A DNA stretch of 37,526 bases from Rhodanobacteraceae bacterium (GCA_050738055.1 JBOHYT010000431.1:1-37526); one strand, 5' to 3'. Shown: positions 1 through 9,065, counted from the first letter of the stretch. Program-made: numbers and translations. Notes: generated by a model not told the origin, from the letters alone.

Positions 1-1011
1 CCGGCGCCGCCCGACGCGCTGGGGCGAACGCTGGCCGACCTCAGGATCTCGGTGATCGATCGCTGCAATTTCCGCTGCCCGTACTGCATGCCGGAAGCGG
101 CCTATCCCGATGACCACGCATTTCTGCGCGCGCGCGACCGGCTGGATTTCGGCGAGATCGAACGCATCGCGCGGATGTTCGTGTCGCTCGGTGTGCGCAA
201 GCTGCGCCTGACCGGGGGCGAGCCGCTGCTGCGGCGCGAGCTTCCCGAGCTGGTGGCGCGGTTGGCCGCGATCGAAGGTGTAGAGGACCTCGCGCTCACC
301 ACCAACGGCGTGCTGTTGCCGCGGTTCGCATCGGCGCTGCGCGGTGCCGCCCTCGCGCGGATCACCGTGAGCATGGACAGCGCCGATCCCGACGTCTTCC
401 GGCGGATGTCGGGCGGACGCGGCGAGCTTGCCGAGGTCGAGGCCGGGATCGCGGCCGCCCAAGCTGCGGGTTTTGGTTCGCTCAAGATCAACTGCGTGGT
501 GATGCGGGGCGTGAACGACGACGGCGTGCTGGATCTGGTTGAGCGTTTCCGCGGCACCGGGCACGTCGTTCGCTTCATCGAGTACATGGATGTCGGTACT
601 TTGAATGGCTGGCGCGGCGATCGCGTGGTTCCCGGTGCCGAACTGGTGCGACGGATCGATGCGCGCTGGCCGCTGGAGCCGTTGCCGCGCAACCCCGCGT
701 CGACCGCCCGACGCTGGCGTTTCCGCGACGGGGAAGGCGAGGTCGGGTTCATCAATTCGGTGACCGAGCCGTTCTGCGGCGGTTGCACCCGCGCGCGGCT
801 GTCGGCCGACGGAAAGTTGTATACCTGCCTGTTCGCGCATGTCGGCCACGACCTACGCGCGTTGCTGCGCGCCGGCGAGTCCGACGCGGCGTTGCGCGCC
901 GCCATCGCCGGCATCTGGAGCCATCGCGGTGATCGCTACAGCGAGCGCCGCGCGGAACTGCGCGCGGCCGGGGTGCTCGAACACGTCGAGATGTATCGTA
1001 TAGGTGGTTGA
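1..1011 (+). CDS. moaA: GTP 3',8-cyclase MoaA (radical SAM), 5'-partial; frame is open from base 1
   Basis: CNFRCPYCMP radical-SAM CxxxCxxC motif sits only a few codons into the window. C-terminal CGGCTRARLSADGKLYTCLF cluster and terminal GG. moaC/D/E lie downstream. Confidence 0.9.
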   Translation, partial: PAPPDALGRTLADLRISVIDRCNFRCPYCMPEAAYPDDHAFLRARDRLDFGEIERIARMFVSLGVRKLRLTGGEPLLRRELPELVARLAAIEGVEDLALTTNGVLLPRFASALRGAALARITVSMDSADPDVFRRMSGGRGELAEVEAGIAAAQAAGFGSLKINCVVMRGVNDDGVLDLVERFRGTGHVVRFIEYMDVGTLNGWRGDRVVPGAELVRRIDARWPLEPLPRNPASTARRWRFRDGEGEVGFINSVTEPFCGGCTRARLSADGKLYTCLFAHVGHDLRALLRAGESDAALRAAIAGIWSHRGDRYSERRAELRAAGVLEHVEMYRIGG

Positions 1012-1043
1012 TGTTGCATTTCGGCTGCGTGATTGAAGCTTCA

Positions 1044-1467
1044 CCACGGATCAACACGGATTCACACGGATAAAAGCGGGTGCGCTTTCCTGATTCGCCT
1101 CGATGTTCCACACGATTGAACGCGAATGGTCCCATGAAACTTCGTCATTCCGGGGCTGCCCGCGTTGTATGCGGGCAGAACCCGGAATCCATTTTTTCGA
1201 ATCAGGGAAAAGGCAAGATGGATTGACTCGCGCCATCCATGGCGCTCGCCTGCGGCCGCCTTCGGCGTTCGCGTTGGCAATCCTGCCAACGCAGTCGGGT
1301 TCCATCGCCGATGAAGCCGGTGCTGGCCCCGGAATGACGATGTGGTTTGTTGAACTTCAGCGCGAATCAGGAAAGCGGATGCACTTTTCGGCTCGCGGGC
1401 CTGTTGCAATTCAACGCGAATCGGGTGCGCTTTTGCTTGATCCGTGTTCATCCGTGCCGATCCGTGG
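1044..1467. repeat. Composite palindromic element with CACGGAT-rich inverted arms, carrying a nested MITE
   Basis: Left arm CCACGGATCAACACGGATTCACACGGATAAAAGCGGGTGCGC (1044-1085) is the near reverse complement of the right arm GGGTGCGCTTTTGCTTGATCCGTGTTCATCCGTGCCGATCCGTGG (1423-1467). Inner inverted pair CTTTCCTGATTCGC / GCGAATCAGGAAAG. Confidence 0.6.
1142..1340. mobile_element. MITE-like element, copy 1 (TCGTCATTCCGGGGC terminal inverted repeats), inverted relative to copies 2 and 3
   Basis: Starts TCGTCATTCCGGGGC and ends GCCCCGGAATGACGA. Its reverse complement aligns along its length with 26076-26294. No ORF of its own. Confidence 0.65.
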
Positions 1468-1490
1468 TCAAGGTTCTTGATTTTCAAGCC

Positions 1491-2003
1491 ATGCGAAAGA
1501 AATTTTCCCATCTGGATGCTGCCAATCGCCCGCGCATGGTGGACGTCGGCGCCAAGGATGTCACCGCGCGGGTTGCGGTCGCGCAAGCCATCGTGCGATT
1601 TCCGCAGGTGGTCGCCGACGCATTGCGCGAAGGCGGCATGCACTCGCCCAAAGGTCCGGTCATCGACACTGCGGTCATCGCCGGCACCATGGCCGCCAAG
1701 CGTACCCACGAGCTGATCCCGTTCTGCCATCCGCTCGCGATCGAGCGCTGCCGCATCGAAGCGGATTTCGTTTCGGATACCGAGCTCGCGATCCGCTGCG
1801 AGGTCGCGATCACCCACAAGACCGGCGTCGAGATGGAAGCCCTGACCGGCGCCAGCGTGGCCGCGCTCACCGTGTACGACATGTGCAAGGCGCTGTCGCA
1901 CGAGATCGTGATCGAGGGCGTGCGGTTGCTGGAAAAATCGGGTGGGAAGCGCAATGTGCGCGCGGGCAGGGCGTCGCCTGTCCGAGGACGGAGCATGCGA
2001 TGA
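1491..2003 (+). CDS. moaC: Cyclic pyranopterin monophosphate synthase MoaC
   Basis: ATG at 1491 lies just past the repeat element. [12 protein letters not shown], ELIPFCHPL and [23 protein letters not shown] motifs. Confidence 0.9.
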   Translation: MRKKFSHLDAANRPRMVDVGAKDVTARVAVAQAIVRFPQVVADALREGGMHSPKGPVIDTAVIAGTMAAKRTHELIPFCHPLAIERCRIEADFVSDTELAIRCEVAITHKTGVEMEALTGASVAALTVYDMCKALSHEIVIEGVRLLEKSGGKRNVRAGRASPVRGRSMR

Positions 2004-2239
2004 ACTACCGGCTGCTGTATTTCGCCTCGCTGCGCGATGCCGCGGGCTGCAGCGAGGAAAAGATCGCCAGTGACGCGGCCGATCCGCGGGCGTTGTATGC
2101 GGAGGTGGCTGCACGCCACGGTTTCACCTTTGCGCCCGAGCGATTGCGGGTGGCGGTCGATGGCGAATTCACGGGCTGGGACCAGGCTCTGAGCGATGGG
2201 GCCGAGGTGGTATTCCTGCCGCCGGTCTCGGGAGGCTGA
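2000..2239 (+). CDS. moaD: Molybdopterin synthase sulfur-carrier subunit MoaD
   Basis: 79 aa ending in VSGG (C-terminal Gly-Gly). ATGA overlap with the moaC stop (2000-2003). Confidence 0.85.
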   Translation: MNYRLLYFASLRDAAGCSEEKIASDAADPRALYAEVAARHGFTFAPERLRVAVDGEFTGWDQALSDGAEVVFLPPVSGG

Positions 2240-2240
2240 G

Positions 2241-2666
2241 GTGTTCGCGATCAGCGACAGACCGATCGACGTCGCCGGCTTGCGGCGTGAACTGGGAATT
2301 GCCGGCGCGGGCGCGGTGGTCTGCTTCGAAGGTCGGGTGCGGGACCGCAATGAGGGCCGTGCGGTGGATGGGCTGTCGTACCAGGCCTACGCTGAGCTGG
2401 CGGTGGCTGAGGGGCAGCGGATCATCGAGGAAGCACGTGGAAGATTTGCGGTCGAGCGCGTCGTGTGCGTGCACCGTGTCGGTGATCTCGCCATTGGCGA
2501 AATCGCGGTGTGGGCGGGGGTGTCCGCGGGTCACCGCGCTGCGGCCTTCGATGCCTGCCGCTACGTCATCGACGAGGTCAAGGCGCGCGTGCCGATCTGG
2601 AAACGCGAGCACTATGTCGAGGGCGCTCCCGAATGGCTGCATCCCGAAGCGGGTCAAGCGAAATAA
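2241..2666 (+). CDS. moaE: Molybdopterin synthase catalytic subunit MoaE
   Basis: GTG at 2241, one base after the moaD stop. VCFEGRVRD...YQAY, HRxGDLxIGE and PIWKREHY motifs. Confidence 0.85.
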   Translation: MFAISDRPIDVAGLRRELGIAGAGAVVCFEGRVRDRNEGRAVDGLSYQAYAELAVAEGQRIIEEARGRFAVERVVCVHRVGDLAIGEIAVWAGVSAGHRAAAFDACRYVIDEVKARVPIWKREHYVEGAPEWLHPEAGQAK

Positions 2667-2695
2667 TTGCCCGAAGTCCGGCGTGCGGTTATCCT
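2667..2695 (+). promoter_or_regulatory. Candidate sigma70 promoter for tRNA-Ser (and possibly ffs)
   Basis: TTGCCC (2667-2672), 17-nt spacer, TATCCT (2690-2695), about 19 nt upstream of the tRNA 5' end. Sequence match only. Confidence 0.35.
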
Positions 2696-2713
2696 GCACC
2701 GTTCCGTTTTCCC

Positions 2714-2806
2714 GGAGAGGTGTCCGAGCGGTCGAAGGAGCACGCCTGGAAAGTGTGTAAGCGGCTAAACCCCGCTTCGCGGGTTCGAATCCCGCCCTCT
2801 CCGCCA
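2714..2806 (+). tRNA. tRNA-Ser (anticodon GGA), CCA encoded
   Basis: Acceptor stem GGAGAGG/CCTCTCC. Anticodon stem CACGC/GTGTG with loop CTGGAAA. Long variable arm. T-arm GCGGG-TTCGAAT-CCCGC. Terminal GCCA. Confidence 0.9.
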
Positions 2807-2820
2807 GTTTCATCAGTCAT

Positions 2821-2933
2821 GGTGGCCCCGTTGGTGCCTTCGCGACGCTAGATCGAAAACCCCGCCAGGTCCGGAAGGAAGCAACGGTATCGATGGACGC
2901 GTGCGCCGGAGATCTGCTGGCGGGGCCGCCGCC
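2821..2933 (+). ncRNA. ffs: Signal recognition particle RNA (4.5S RNA)
   Basis: Contains CCAGGTCCGGAAGGAAGCA...GACGCGTG.GCCGG, matching the conserved domain IV of E. coli 4.5S RNA. 5' GGTGGCCCCG pairs with 3' CGGGGCCGCC. About 113 nt. Sits immediately upstream of dnaX. Confidence 0.8.
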
Positions 2934-2997
2934 ATATTGCGGCTTGGTCTCCAGGCGCTGACTTGGCACAATGGGGTTTAGCCTCAAGGCTGTGTCC

Positions 2998-4647
2998 ATG
3001 AGTTATCAAGTCCTTGCCCGCAAATGGCGCCCGAAGCAGTTCGAGGAACTGGTCGGGCAGGAGCACGTCGTCAAGGCGCTGAGCCACGCGCTCGATTCCG
3101 GGCGCGTCCACCATGCGTATCTGTTCACCGGCACCCGCGGCGTCGGCAAGACCACGATCGCGCGGATCTTCGCCAAGTCGCTCAATTGCGAGCGCGGCAT
3201 GTCGGCGCATCCCTGCGGCGAGTGTGCGATCTGCAGGGCGGTCGATGCCGGCCGGTTCGTCGACCTGATCGAGATCGACGCGGCCAGCAACACTGGTGTC
3301 GACGACGTGCGGGATTTGATCGAGAACGCGCAGTACGCGCCGGCGCAGGGGCGCTTCAAGGTGTACCTGATCGACGAGGTGCACATGCTTTCGAAGCCGG
3401 CGTTCAACGCGCTGTTGAAGACGTTGGAAGAGCCGCCGGAGCACGTCAAGTTTCTGCTTGCGACCACCGATCCGCAAAAGCTGCCGGTGACGGTGCTGTC
3501 GCGTTGCCTGAAGTTCGGGTTGAAGCGCCTGTTGCCCGAGCAGATTGCCGGGCAGATGCGGATGATCTTGGGCCAGGAAGGCGTCGCGTTCGACGAGGGC
3601 GCGATCGAGGCGCTCGCGCGCGGCGCGGACGGTTCATTGCGCGACGGCCTGTCGCTGCTCGACCAGGCGATCGCGCACGGCGGCGGTGCGCTGCACGCGG
3701 ACGACGTACGCGCGATGCTCGGCACCATTGCCGACGACGACGTCGGCACGCTGCTGCGAGCGCTCGTTGATGGGGACGGCGGGTCGCTGCTGGCCGAGGC
3801 GGACCGCATCGCCGGCCTGTCGCCGGATTTCACGATGGTGCTGGAGCAGTTGGCCAACGCCTTGCATCGCGTCCAGTTGCGTCAACTGGTGCCCGGCTTC
3901 GCGGGGGATGAGCCGGAGCGTGAAGTATTGAACGCAATCGCCGGCAAGGTCGATCCGGAAGACGTGCAGGTGTGGTATCAGTTCGCGATCAATGGCCGGC
4001 GTGATTTGCCGTTGGCGCCCGACGCACGCACCGGCTTCGAGATGACGCTGTTGCGGATGCTGGCGTTTCGCGGCAACGAAGTCGACGCCGAGCCGACCCG
4101 GCAATGGGTCGCCGCCAAACCACCCGGCCGCGGGCAGGTGCAAGCCGCCGTGACCGCCGCCAGCGCGCCCGCGACGCGCGAAAGGCCGCATCCGCCGAAT
4201 GCGGTCGTGGATGCGCCGGCGCATCCGGCGTCGCAGAAATCCGCGACGGCCGCGATCGGCGGACTCGCCGATTGGGAAGCCTGGATCCAGCTCGCCGGAT
4301 TGGGCGGCCCGGCGGGGCAGCTCGCGCGGCATGCGTTGCCGAAGTCCTTTGAGGGCGATGTGCTGACCTTGGTATTGAAGGCCGAGCACATGGCCCTCTG
4401 CAGCGATGCGTCATGCAGACAGTTGCAGGAGCAGCTTGGCGGGGCGATCGGGCGCAAGCTGCGCGTCCGGATCGTTCCGGCGGAAACCGTCGCTGACACG
4501 CCCGCCGCCCGCGCCGCCAAGGCCCGCTCCGAGCAGCAGGCCGCGGCCGAGCGCGCGATGGCCGACGATCCGATCGTCCAGGATTTCCGGCGCCAGCTCG
4601 GCGCCGAAATCATTCCAGAAAGCATCCGACCAGGTACACGAGCATGA
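2998..4647 (+). CDS. dnaX: DNA polymerase III subunit gamma/tau
   Basis: [12 protein letters not shown] start. Walker [10 protein letters not shown]. CGECxxC zinc module. DEVHML. Low-complexity Ala/Pro linker. Confidence 0.9.
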   Translation: MSYQVLARKWRPKQFEELVGQEHVVKALSHALDSGRVHHAYLFTGTRGVGKTTIARIFAKSLNCERGMSAHPCGECAICRAVDAGRFVDLIEIDAASNTGVDDVRDLIENAQYAPAQGRFKVYLIDEVHMLSKPAFNALLKTLEEPPEHVKFLLATTDPQKLPVTVLSRCLKFGLKRLLPEQIAGQMRMILGQEGVAFDEGAIEALARGADGSLRDGLSLLDQAIAHGGGALHADDVRAMLGTIADDDVGTLLRALVDGDGGSLLAEADRIAGLSPDFTMVLEQLANALHRVQLRQLVPGFAGDEPEREVLNAIAGKVDPEDVQVWYQFAINGRRDLPLAPDARTGFEMTLLRMLAFRGNEVDAEPTRQWVAAKPPGRGQVQAAVTAASAPATRERPHPPNAVVDAPAHPASQKSATAAIGGLADWEAWIQLAGLGGPAGQLARHALPKSFEGDVLTLVLKAEHMALCSDASCRQLQEQLGGAIGRKLRVRIVPAETVADTPAARAAKARSEQQAAAERAMADDPIVQDFRRQLGAEIIPESIRPGTRA

Positions 4648-4967
4648 AAGGACAATTGGGACAACTGATGCAACAGGCGCAGCGCATGCAGGAGGAACTG
4701 AAGCGTGCGCAGGAGGAAATCGCCAAGCTCGAGGTCACCGGCAGCGCCGGTGGCGGCATGGTCGAAGTCACCATGACGGGCCGGCACGAGGTTCGCCGCG
4801 TCCGCATCGACCGCAAGCTGATGGCCGACGATCCGGAGATGACCGAGGACATGGTCGCGGCGGCGCTCAACGATGCGGTCAACAAGGTCGCCGAGGCCAG
4901 CCAGCAGAAACTCGGCGGCGTGAGTTCCGGAATGAACATGCCGCCTGGATTCAAGCTGCCGTTTTAG
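4644..4967 (+). CDS. ybaB: Nucleoid-associated protein YbaB/EbfC
   Basis: 107 aa with [18 protein letters not shown]...[15 protein letters not shown] overlap with the dnaX stop. Canonical dnaX-ybaB-recR order. Confidence 0.9.
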   Translation: MKGQLGQLMQQAQRMQEELKRAQEEIAKLEVTGSAGGGMVEVTMTGRHEVRRVRIDRKLMADDPEMTEDMVAAALNDAVNKVAEASQQKLGGVSSGMNMPPGFKLPF

Positions 4968-4970
4968 GAA

Positions 4971-5001
4971 CGGGAGACGGGAGACGGGATTCGGGAATCG
5001 G
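4971..5001. repeat. Heptanucleotide tandem array (G-rich strand up): CGGGAGA CGGGAGA CGGGATT CGGGAAT CGG
   Basis: 7-bp periodicity read directly. Reverse complement of the array at 5708-5735. Confidence 0.8.
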
Positions 5002-5062
5002 AAAAGCGTACTGGTATTTACCGCCTTTGCTGATGCGCCCGAACCGCTGAAACCGAAAGCCG

Positions 5063-5668
5063 ATGTCCAACCCGCCCAATCTGCTTGCCGAATTGATCGA
5101 AGCCCTGCGTTGTCTGCCAGGTGTGGGCGCCAGGAGCGCGCAGCGGATGGCGTTTCATCTTTTGGAGCGTGACCGCGATGGCGGCGCGCGCCTCGCGGCG
5201 GTGCTCGACCAGGCCATGCGGCGCATCGGCCATTGCAAATCGTGCCGCAATTTCACCGAGAGCGACGAATGTGCGATCTGCGCGAATGCTTCGCGTGACG
5301 CCACTTCACTGTGCGTGGTGGAAACGCCGGCCGACCAGATGGCGATCGAGCAGGCAACCGGCTATCGCGGCCGTTACTTCGTATTGATGGGTCGGTTGTC
5401 GCCGTTGGATGGTTTGGGCCCGCACGAACTCGGTGTGGACCTCTTGACCCGCAAGCTCGGGGAAGGCGAGGTGCGCGAAATGGTGATCGCGACCAACCCG
5501 ACCGTGGAAGGCGAGGCGACCGCCCACTGGCTGGGCCAGCTCGCGCGCGCCGCGGGCGTGCGCGCGACCCGTCTCGCGCACGGCGTTCCGCTCGGCGGCG
5601 AACTCGAATACGTCGATCGCGGCACGCTGGCACACGCGTTCGGCAGCCGGCAAACGTTCGACGAATGA
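5063..5668 (+). CDS. recR: Recombination protein RecR
   Basis: [17 protein letters not shown] helix-hairpin-helix. CxxCxnnnnCxIC zinc finger. Toprim segment. Confidence 0.95.
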   Translation: MSNPPNLLAELIEALRCLPGVGARSAQRMAFHLLERDRDGGARLAAVLDQAMRRIGHCKSCRNFTESDECAICANASRDATSLCVVETPADQMAIEQATGYRGRYFVLMGRLSPLDGLGPHELGVDLLTRKLGEGEVREMVIATNPTVEGEATAHWLGQLARAAGVRATRLAHGVPLGGELEYVDRGTLAHAFGSRQTFDE

Positions 5669-5673
5669 ATCCT

Positions 5674-5692
5674 GCTGCGCCCCGGGCGCAGC
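5674..5692 (+). terminator. Weak hairpin downstream of recR
   Basis: GCTGCGCC-CCG-GGCGCAGC gives an 8-bp stem, but the following tract is T-poor (GACTTTGTT). Confidence 0.3.
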
Positions 5693-5707
5693 GACTTTGT
5701 TATGCTT

Positions 5708-5735
5708 CCCGCGTCTCCGTCTCCCGTCTCCCGAT
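5708..5735. repeat. Heptanucleotide tandem array (C-rich strand up): CCCGCGT CTCCGTC TCCCGTC TCCCGAT
   Basis: 7-bp periodicity. Inverted copy of 4971-5001. Confidence 0.8.
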
Positions 5736-5820
5736 GGTGGGCAGTGCGGCGGGTCAAGACCCGCCCTACGCCTCGTTCTCAATGGTGGGAAGTGCGGCGG
5801 GTCAAGACCCGCCCTACGCC
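5733..5820. repeat. Two tandem REP-like units (48-bp period), each with a GGCGGGTCAAGACCCGCC hairpin
   Basis: GATGGTGGGCAGTGCGGCGGGTCAAGACCCGCCCTACGCC (5733-5772) and AATGGTGGGAAGTGCGGCGGGTCAAGACCCGCCCTACGCC (5781-5820). Confidence 0.8.
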
Positions 5821-5827
5821 TAGCTTT

Positions 5828-5858
5828 TCCCGATTCACGATTCCCGTCTCCCGATTCC
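5828..5858. repeat. Heptanucleotide tandem array: TCCCGAT TCACGAT TCCCGTC TCCCGAT TCC
   Basis: 7-bp periodicity, same orientation as 5708-5735. Ends 5 nt before the HIT start codon. Confidence 0.8.
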
Positions 5859-5862
5859 AGAA

Positions 5863-6207
5863 ATGCCCGACACCATCTTCGACAAGATCCTTCGCCGCGA
5901 GATCCCTGCCGACATCGTCTACGAAGACGACGACATCCTCGCGTTCCGCGACATCCATCCGCAGGCGCCGGTGCACGTGCTGTTCGTGCCGAAGAAATCG
6001 TTCGCGACCTTGAACGACTGCACCGATTCCGACGCCGCGTTGCTCGGAAAGTTGCTGCTCGCCGTGTCGGTCTACGCCAAGCGCGAAGGTTTCGCGGAGG
6101 ACGGCTATCGTTGCGTGATCAACTGCAACCGCGGCGGCGGCCAGACCGTGTACCACCTGCACGTGCATCTGATGGCCGGCAAGCAGATGCCGGAGCGGAT
6201 GGTGTGA
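5863..6207 (+). CDS. Histidine triad (HIT) nucleotide-binding protein, HinT-like
   Basis: 114 aa. IFDKILRREIPA N-terminus and HLHVHLMAG histidine-triad motif. Confidence 0.85.
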   Translation: MPDTIFDKILRREIPADIVYEDDDILAFRDIHPQAPVHVLFVPKKSFATLNDCTDSDAALLGKLLLAVSVYAKREGFAEDGYRCVINCNRGGGQTVYHLHVHLMAGKQMPERMV

Positions 6208-6218
6208 TGTCGCGATGC

Positions 6219-6246
6219 GACGACGCCCGCTTGCGCGGGCGTCGTT
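6219..6246. terminator. Hairpin between convergent HIT and Slp genes (possible bidirectional terminator)
   Basis: GACGACGCCCGC-TTGC-GCGGGCGTCGTT gives a 12-bp stem (one G.U) with a 4-nt loop. Confidence 0.5.
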
Positions 6247-6264
6247 GCTCGAATCGCGGGAAGC

Positions 6265-6873
6265 TCAGCCCTTCTTCGGCGGTGGTGGCGGCGGCGCCGG
6301 CCGCGGCACCACGATCACCCGCGGCGGGTAATACCACGGCCCGAAGCCGGGGCCGAAACCGCAACCCCACGGCGACCAGAACGGGTCGCAGAAGCCGCCC
6401 CATCCAAAGGGTCCGTAGGGATACGGCCGCTCGGCATACAGCGGCCGCGGTTTCCACAGGTACACATTATTGGCCTCGACCCGCGGATAGGTGTAATCGA
6501 ACTGGCCGATCTTGTGCTGGATCGTGCCATCGAGCGTACCGGTCACGGTGATCTCGCGGCCCTTGGCAAAGACTTCCGGGTCATAGAAACCCTGCTTGCA
6601 GGCCACGAACCGGCCCATGCTCTGGGCGCCGCGTTCCGGACGCGCCTGCGAATCGAGTGGCTCGGCGAGCACGAAGAAGCAGGTCTGCTGCTGGCGAGGC
6701 TCGGTCTGGATGAGCTTGCCACCCCAGCGGACCGGCGTGGCGTTCGCGGCGCCGCTGCGCGCGGCGTCGAGCGTCACCGGCGTGTAGGTGCCCTGAAGCG
6801 GTGTTGGAATGGTGGCGCAGCCACCCAGGGCCAGTGCCCCCACGACCGAAAGAAACAACACGCGACGTGACAT
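6265..6873 (-). CDS. Slp-family outer-membrane lipoprotein with an aromatic/Gly/Pro-rich C-terminal extension
   Basis: ATG at 6873 with GGAGG upstream. Lipobox LALGGC. VRWGGKLI...TCFFVL...GRFVA...F core typical of Slp. Tail is PYPYGPFGWGGFCDPFWSPWGCGFGPGFGPWYYPP...PPPPPPKKG. Confidence 0.7.
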   Translation of the reverse strand: MSRRVLFLSVVGALALGGCATIPTPLQGTYTPVTLDAARSGAANATPVRWGGKLIQTEPRQQQTCFFVLAEPLDSQARPERGAQSMGRFVACKQGFYDPEVFAKGREITVTGTLDGTIQHKIGQFDYTYPRVEANNVYLWKPRPLYAERPYPYGPFGWGGFCDPFWSPWGCGFGPGFGPWYYPPRVIVVPRPAPPPPPPKKG

Positions 6874-7061
6874 GACAGGCCTCCGGGAATAGTGAACCGT
6901 TGCGTCTATTGGACCACACGCCGGGGCCGGAAGTCGCACACGTCCACGCCGCGGCACCGACCCGTTCAGGCGGCGGTTCGCGAAAGGCCGGTTCGCGAAG
7001 GGCATAACGTGGCAGGAGGCAGCCGGTTGACAAGGTCGCGCCAATCACGACCGCCAAGCTC

Positions 7062-9065
7062 CTAGACGCCCGACTCGGTCGGGCGACTTGGCCGGAACCG
7101 GCGCGCGCGGCGCACGAACGCGCGAATCCGTTCCTGGGGCGGTTCGGAATACGCGTAGCGCAGTCGCAGGTATTCGGATGCCAATTCGCCCAGCGCGGCG
7201 GCCGAGCCGGGAAGCGCAGCGGCCGTGCGCGCGTAGAAGTCGCGTGGTCCCTCGTTGCTGGCGCGCGGGAAGCCCGCGCGTGCCAGCCGGCGTTGCAGGC
7301 GCAACTGTGCCTTGGCGAGCAGATCGCGTGGTTTGCGGCGAGGCCGCAGCGAGGCCAACAGCGCGCCTGCGCCGAGTGCCAGGAACACCGCGATCGCCAG
7401 CGCGATCCCCAGCATCCGCACGTCGGTATGGTCGACTCCGAACGGACGGAACAGATGGGCCTGCTGGATCGCGTCGAAACCCATCACCGTCTGCCCCCAC
7501 CAACGGTTGATCACGTCCAGCCGGTTGCGCCACGGCAGCGACCAGCCGCTGCCGCCCGGATCGATGCCGCCGGTCGCGGCGTCGGCATTGGCGAGGATCA
7601 CCCGGCTCACCGCCGCGGTCGGATCGACCCGCACCCACCCGCGGCCGGCCAGCCACACCTCCGACCATGCGTGCGCATTCGATTGCCGGATCAAAAGATA
7701 ATGCGCGAAGTCGTTCCAGTAGCCGCCCTGGTAGCCGACCACCACCCGCGCGGGAATGCCGGCGGCGCGCATCAGGAACGTGAAGGCGCTGGCGTAATGC
7801 TCGCAGAATCCGGTCTTGGTGTCGAACAGGAAATCATCGATGCTGTTGCGTCCGAGCGGCGGCGCGTCGAGGTCGTACACGAAGCCGCCGTCGTGGAAGC
7901 GTTGCAGCGCGTCGCGCACGATCTCCAAATCGTTGCCGTCGGCCTGCGCGCGCCAGCGCGCGGCCAGGGCGCGCGTGCGGGGATCGAAACCGGCCGGCAA
8001 TTCCAGCGCCGCGGTGCGCGCGCGTGCGCTCAGTCGTTCCGGCGAAAGCCGATAATCGGTCGCCGAAGCGACCGTGTAGCGTACGGTCTGGTTGACCGGT
8101 TTGACCGACCACAAGGTGTGGTCGGGGCCCATCCGCGCGCCTTCCGGTGCATCGATCGGCACGTCCAGTGCGAACATCCAGTGCTGGTGGCTTGCCAGCA
8201 GGGTGACGTCATAACGGAGGGTCGGCCCGCCGATGCCGACGGGCGCGGGCGGCCGGCGGCGGGTCGCCATTCCGCCCGGATACCACGCCCGGCCATCGAA
8301 ATCCCACAATACGATGCCGCGGAAATAGCGCTGGTCCTCCGGTGGCGGCGGGCCGTCGAAGCCGACGCGCATCGCCACCGCATTGTTCTGGAGCAGATGT
8401 TGCAGGTCGCCCGGCGCCATGTGGTCGGAGATGCCGGTACTCGCCGCGCCGTTGCCCGGCGAACCCCACAGTGGCGTGGCGAGCCGCGGGATCAGCAGGA
8501 ACCCGAGCAGTGCCGCCGGCAGGCTTGCCGCCAGCATCACCGTGCCCGGCCGGAACGCGCGCAGCCAGCGGCGTTCGGGCAGTCCGGGTTCGAGCGCGCG
8601 CAGGGTCGCCAGCGCGGGCAGCAGCATCAGTCCGACCACGATCGTGAAGCCGAGCGACTGGTCGAACAGCAGCGCGCTCATCAGGATGAAGCACGCGAAC
8701 GCGATCGCCATCCGCGCGTCGCGGACCGATTCGCTCTCCAGCACCTTCAGCACCAGCAGCCCGCAGACGATCGCGGCGCCCGGCTCCTGCCCGAGCGGCG
8801 TACCGTACACCGCGACCACCGTCGCCGGGACCGCGACAAGCATCATGACCCGCAGCCACGCCGCGACCTTTCGATGCTGCCGCCGACGCTGCCACCAGCG
8901 GCCCGCGAGGATTATCATCAGCGCGGCGATGTACCACGGCGGCAGGTGTGGCGAATGTGCGCCCAGCACGCACAACACCGTCGCACACAGCAGGTTGAAC
9001 GGCAGCGGGCCGAGCGCGGAGGCGACGACGCGGGTGCCGGGCGGCGCTGCCTCGCGGCGCTTCAC
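7062..9065 (-). CDS. tgpA: Transglutaminase TgpA-like membrane protein (N-terminal TM bundle, transglutaminase core, C-terminal DUF4129-like region)
   Basis: GTG at 9065 in a GTGA overlap with the upstream stop. Cys-His-Asp core: GFCEHYASAFTFLMRAAGIPARVV...HAWSEVW...WVRVDPT. Multiple N-terminal hydrophobic helices. Confidence 0.85.
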   Translation of the reverse strand: MKRREAAPPGTRVVASALGPLPFNLLCATVLCVLGAHSPHLPPWYIAALMIILAGRWWQRRRQHRKVAAWLRVMMLVAVPATVVAVYGTPLGQEPGAAIVCGLLVLKVLESESVRDARMAIAFACFILMSALLFDQSLGFTIVVGLMLLPALATLRALEPGLPERRWLRAFRPGTVMLAASLPAALLGFLLIPRLATPLWGSPGNGAASTGISDHMAPGDLQHLLQNNAVAMRVGFDGPPPPEDQRYFRGIVLWDFDGRAWYPGGMATRRRPPAPVGIGGPTLRYDVTLLASHQHWMFALDVPIDAPEGARMGPDHTLWSVKPVNQTVRYTVASATDYRLSPERLSARARTAALELPAGFDPRTRALAARWRAQADGNDLEIVRDALQRFHDGGFVYDLDAPPLGRNSIDDFLFDTKTGFCEHYASAFTFLMRAAGIPARVVVGYQGGYWNDFAHYLLIRQSNAHAWSEVWLAGRGWVRVDPTAAVSRVILANADAATGGIDPGGSGWSLPWRNRLDVINRWWGQTVMGFDAIQQAHLFRPFGVDHTDVRMLGIALAIAVFLALGAGALLASLRPRRKPRDLLAKAQLRLQRRLARAGFPRASNEGPRDFYARTAAALPGSAAALGELASEYLRLRYAYSEPPQERIRAFVRRARRFRPSRPTESGV

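Noticed and set aside
2998-4647. Programmed -1 frameshift site (A AAA AAG) in dnaX that would produce the gamma subunit.
   Set aside because: I found no A-AAA-AAG heptamer or comparable slippery run while reading the gene. Absence of the E. coli-type site is common outside the enterics.
5733-5820. Possible CRISPR array, considering this tandem 40-bp repeat with an 8-bp gap and also the REP cluster at 11099-11194.
   Set aside because: There are only two or three units, the spacers are far too short, the units are themselves hairpins typical of REP/BIME elements, and there are no cas genes.
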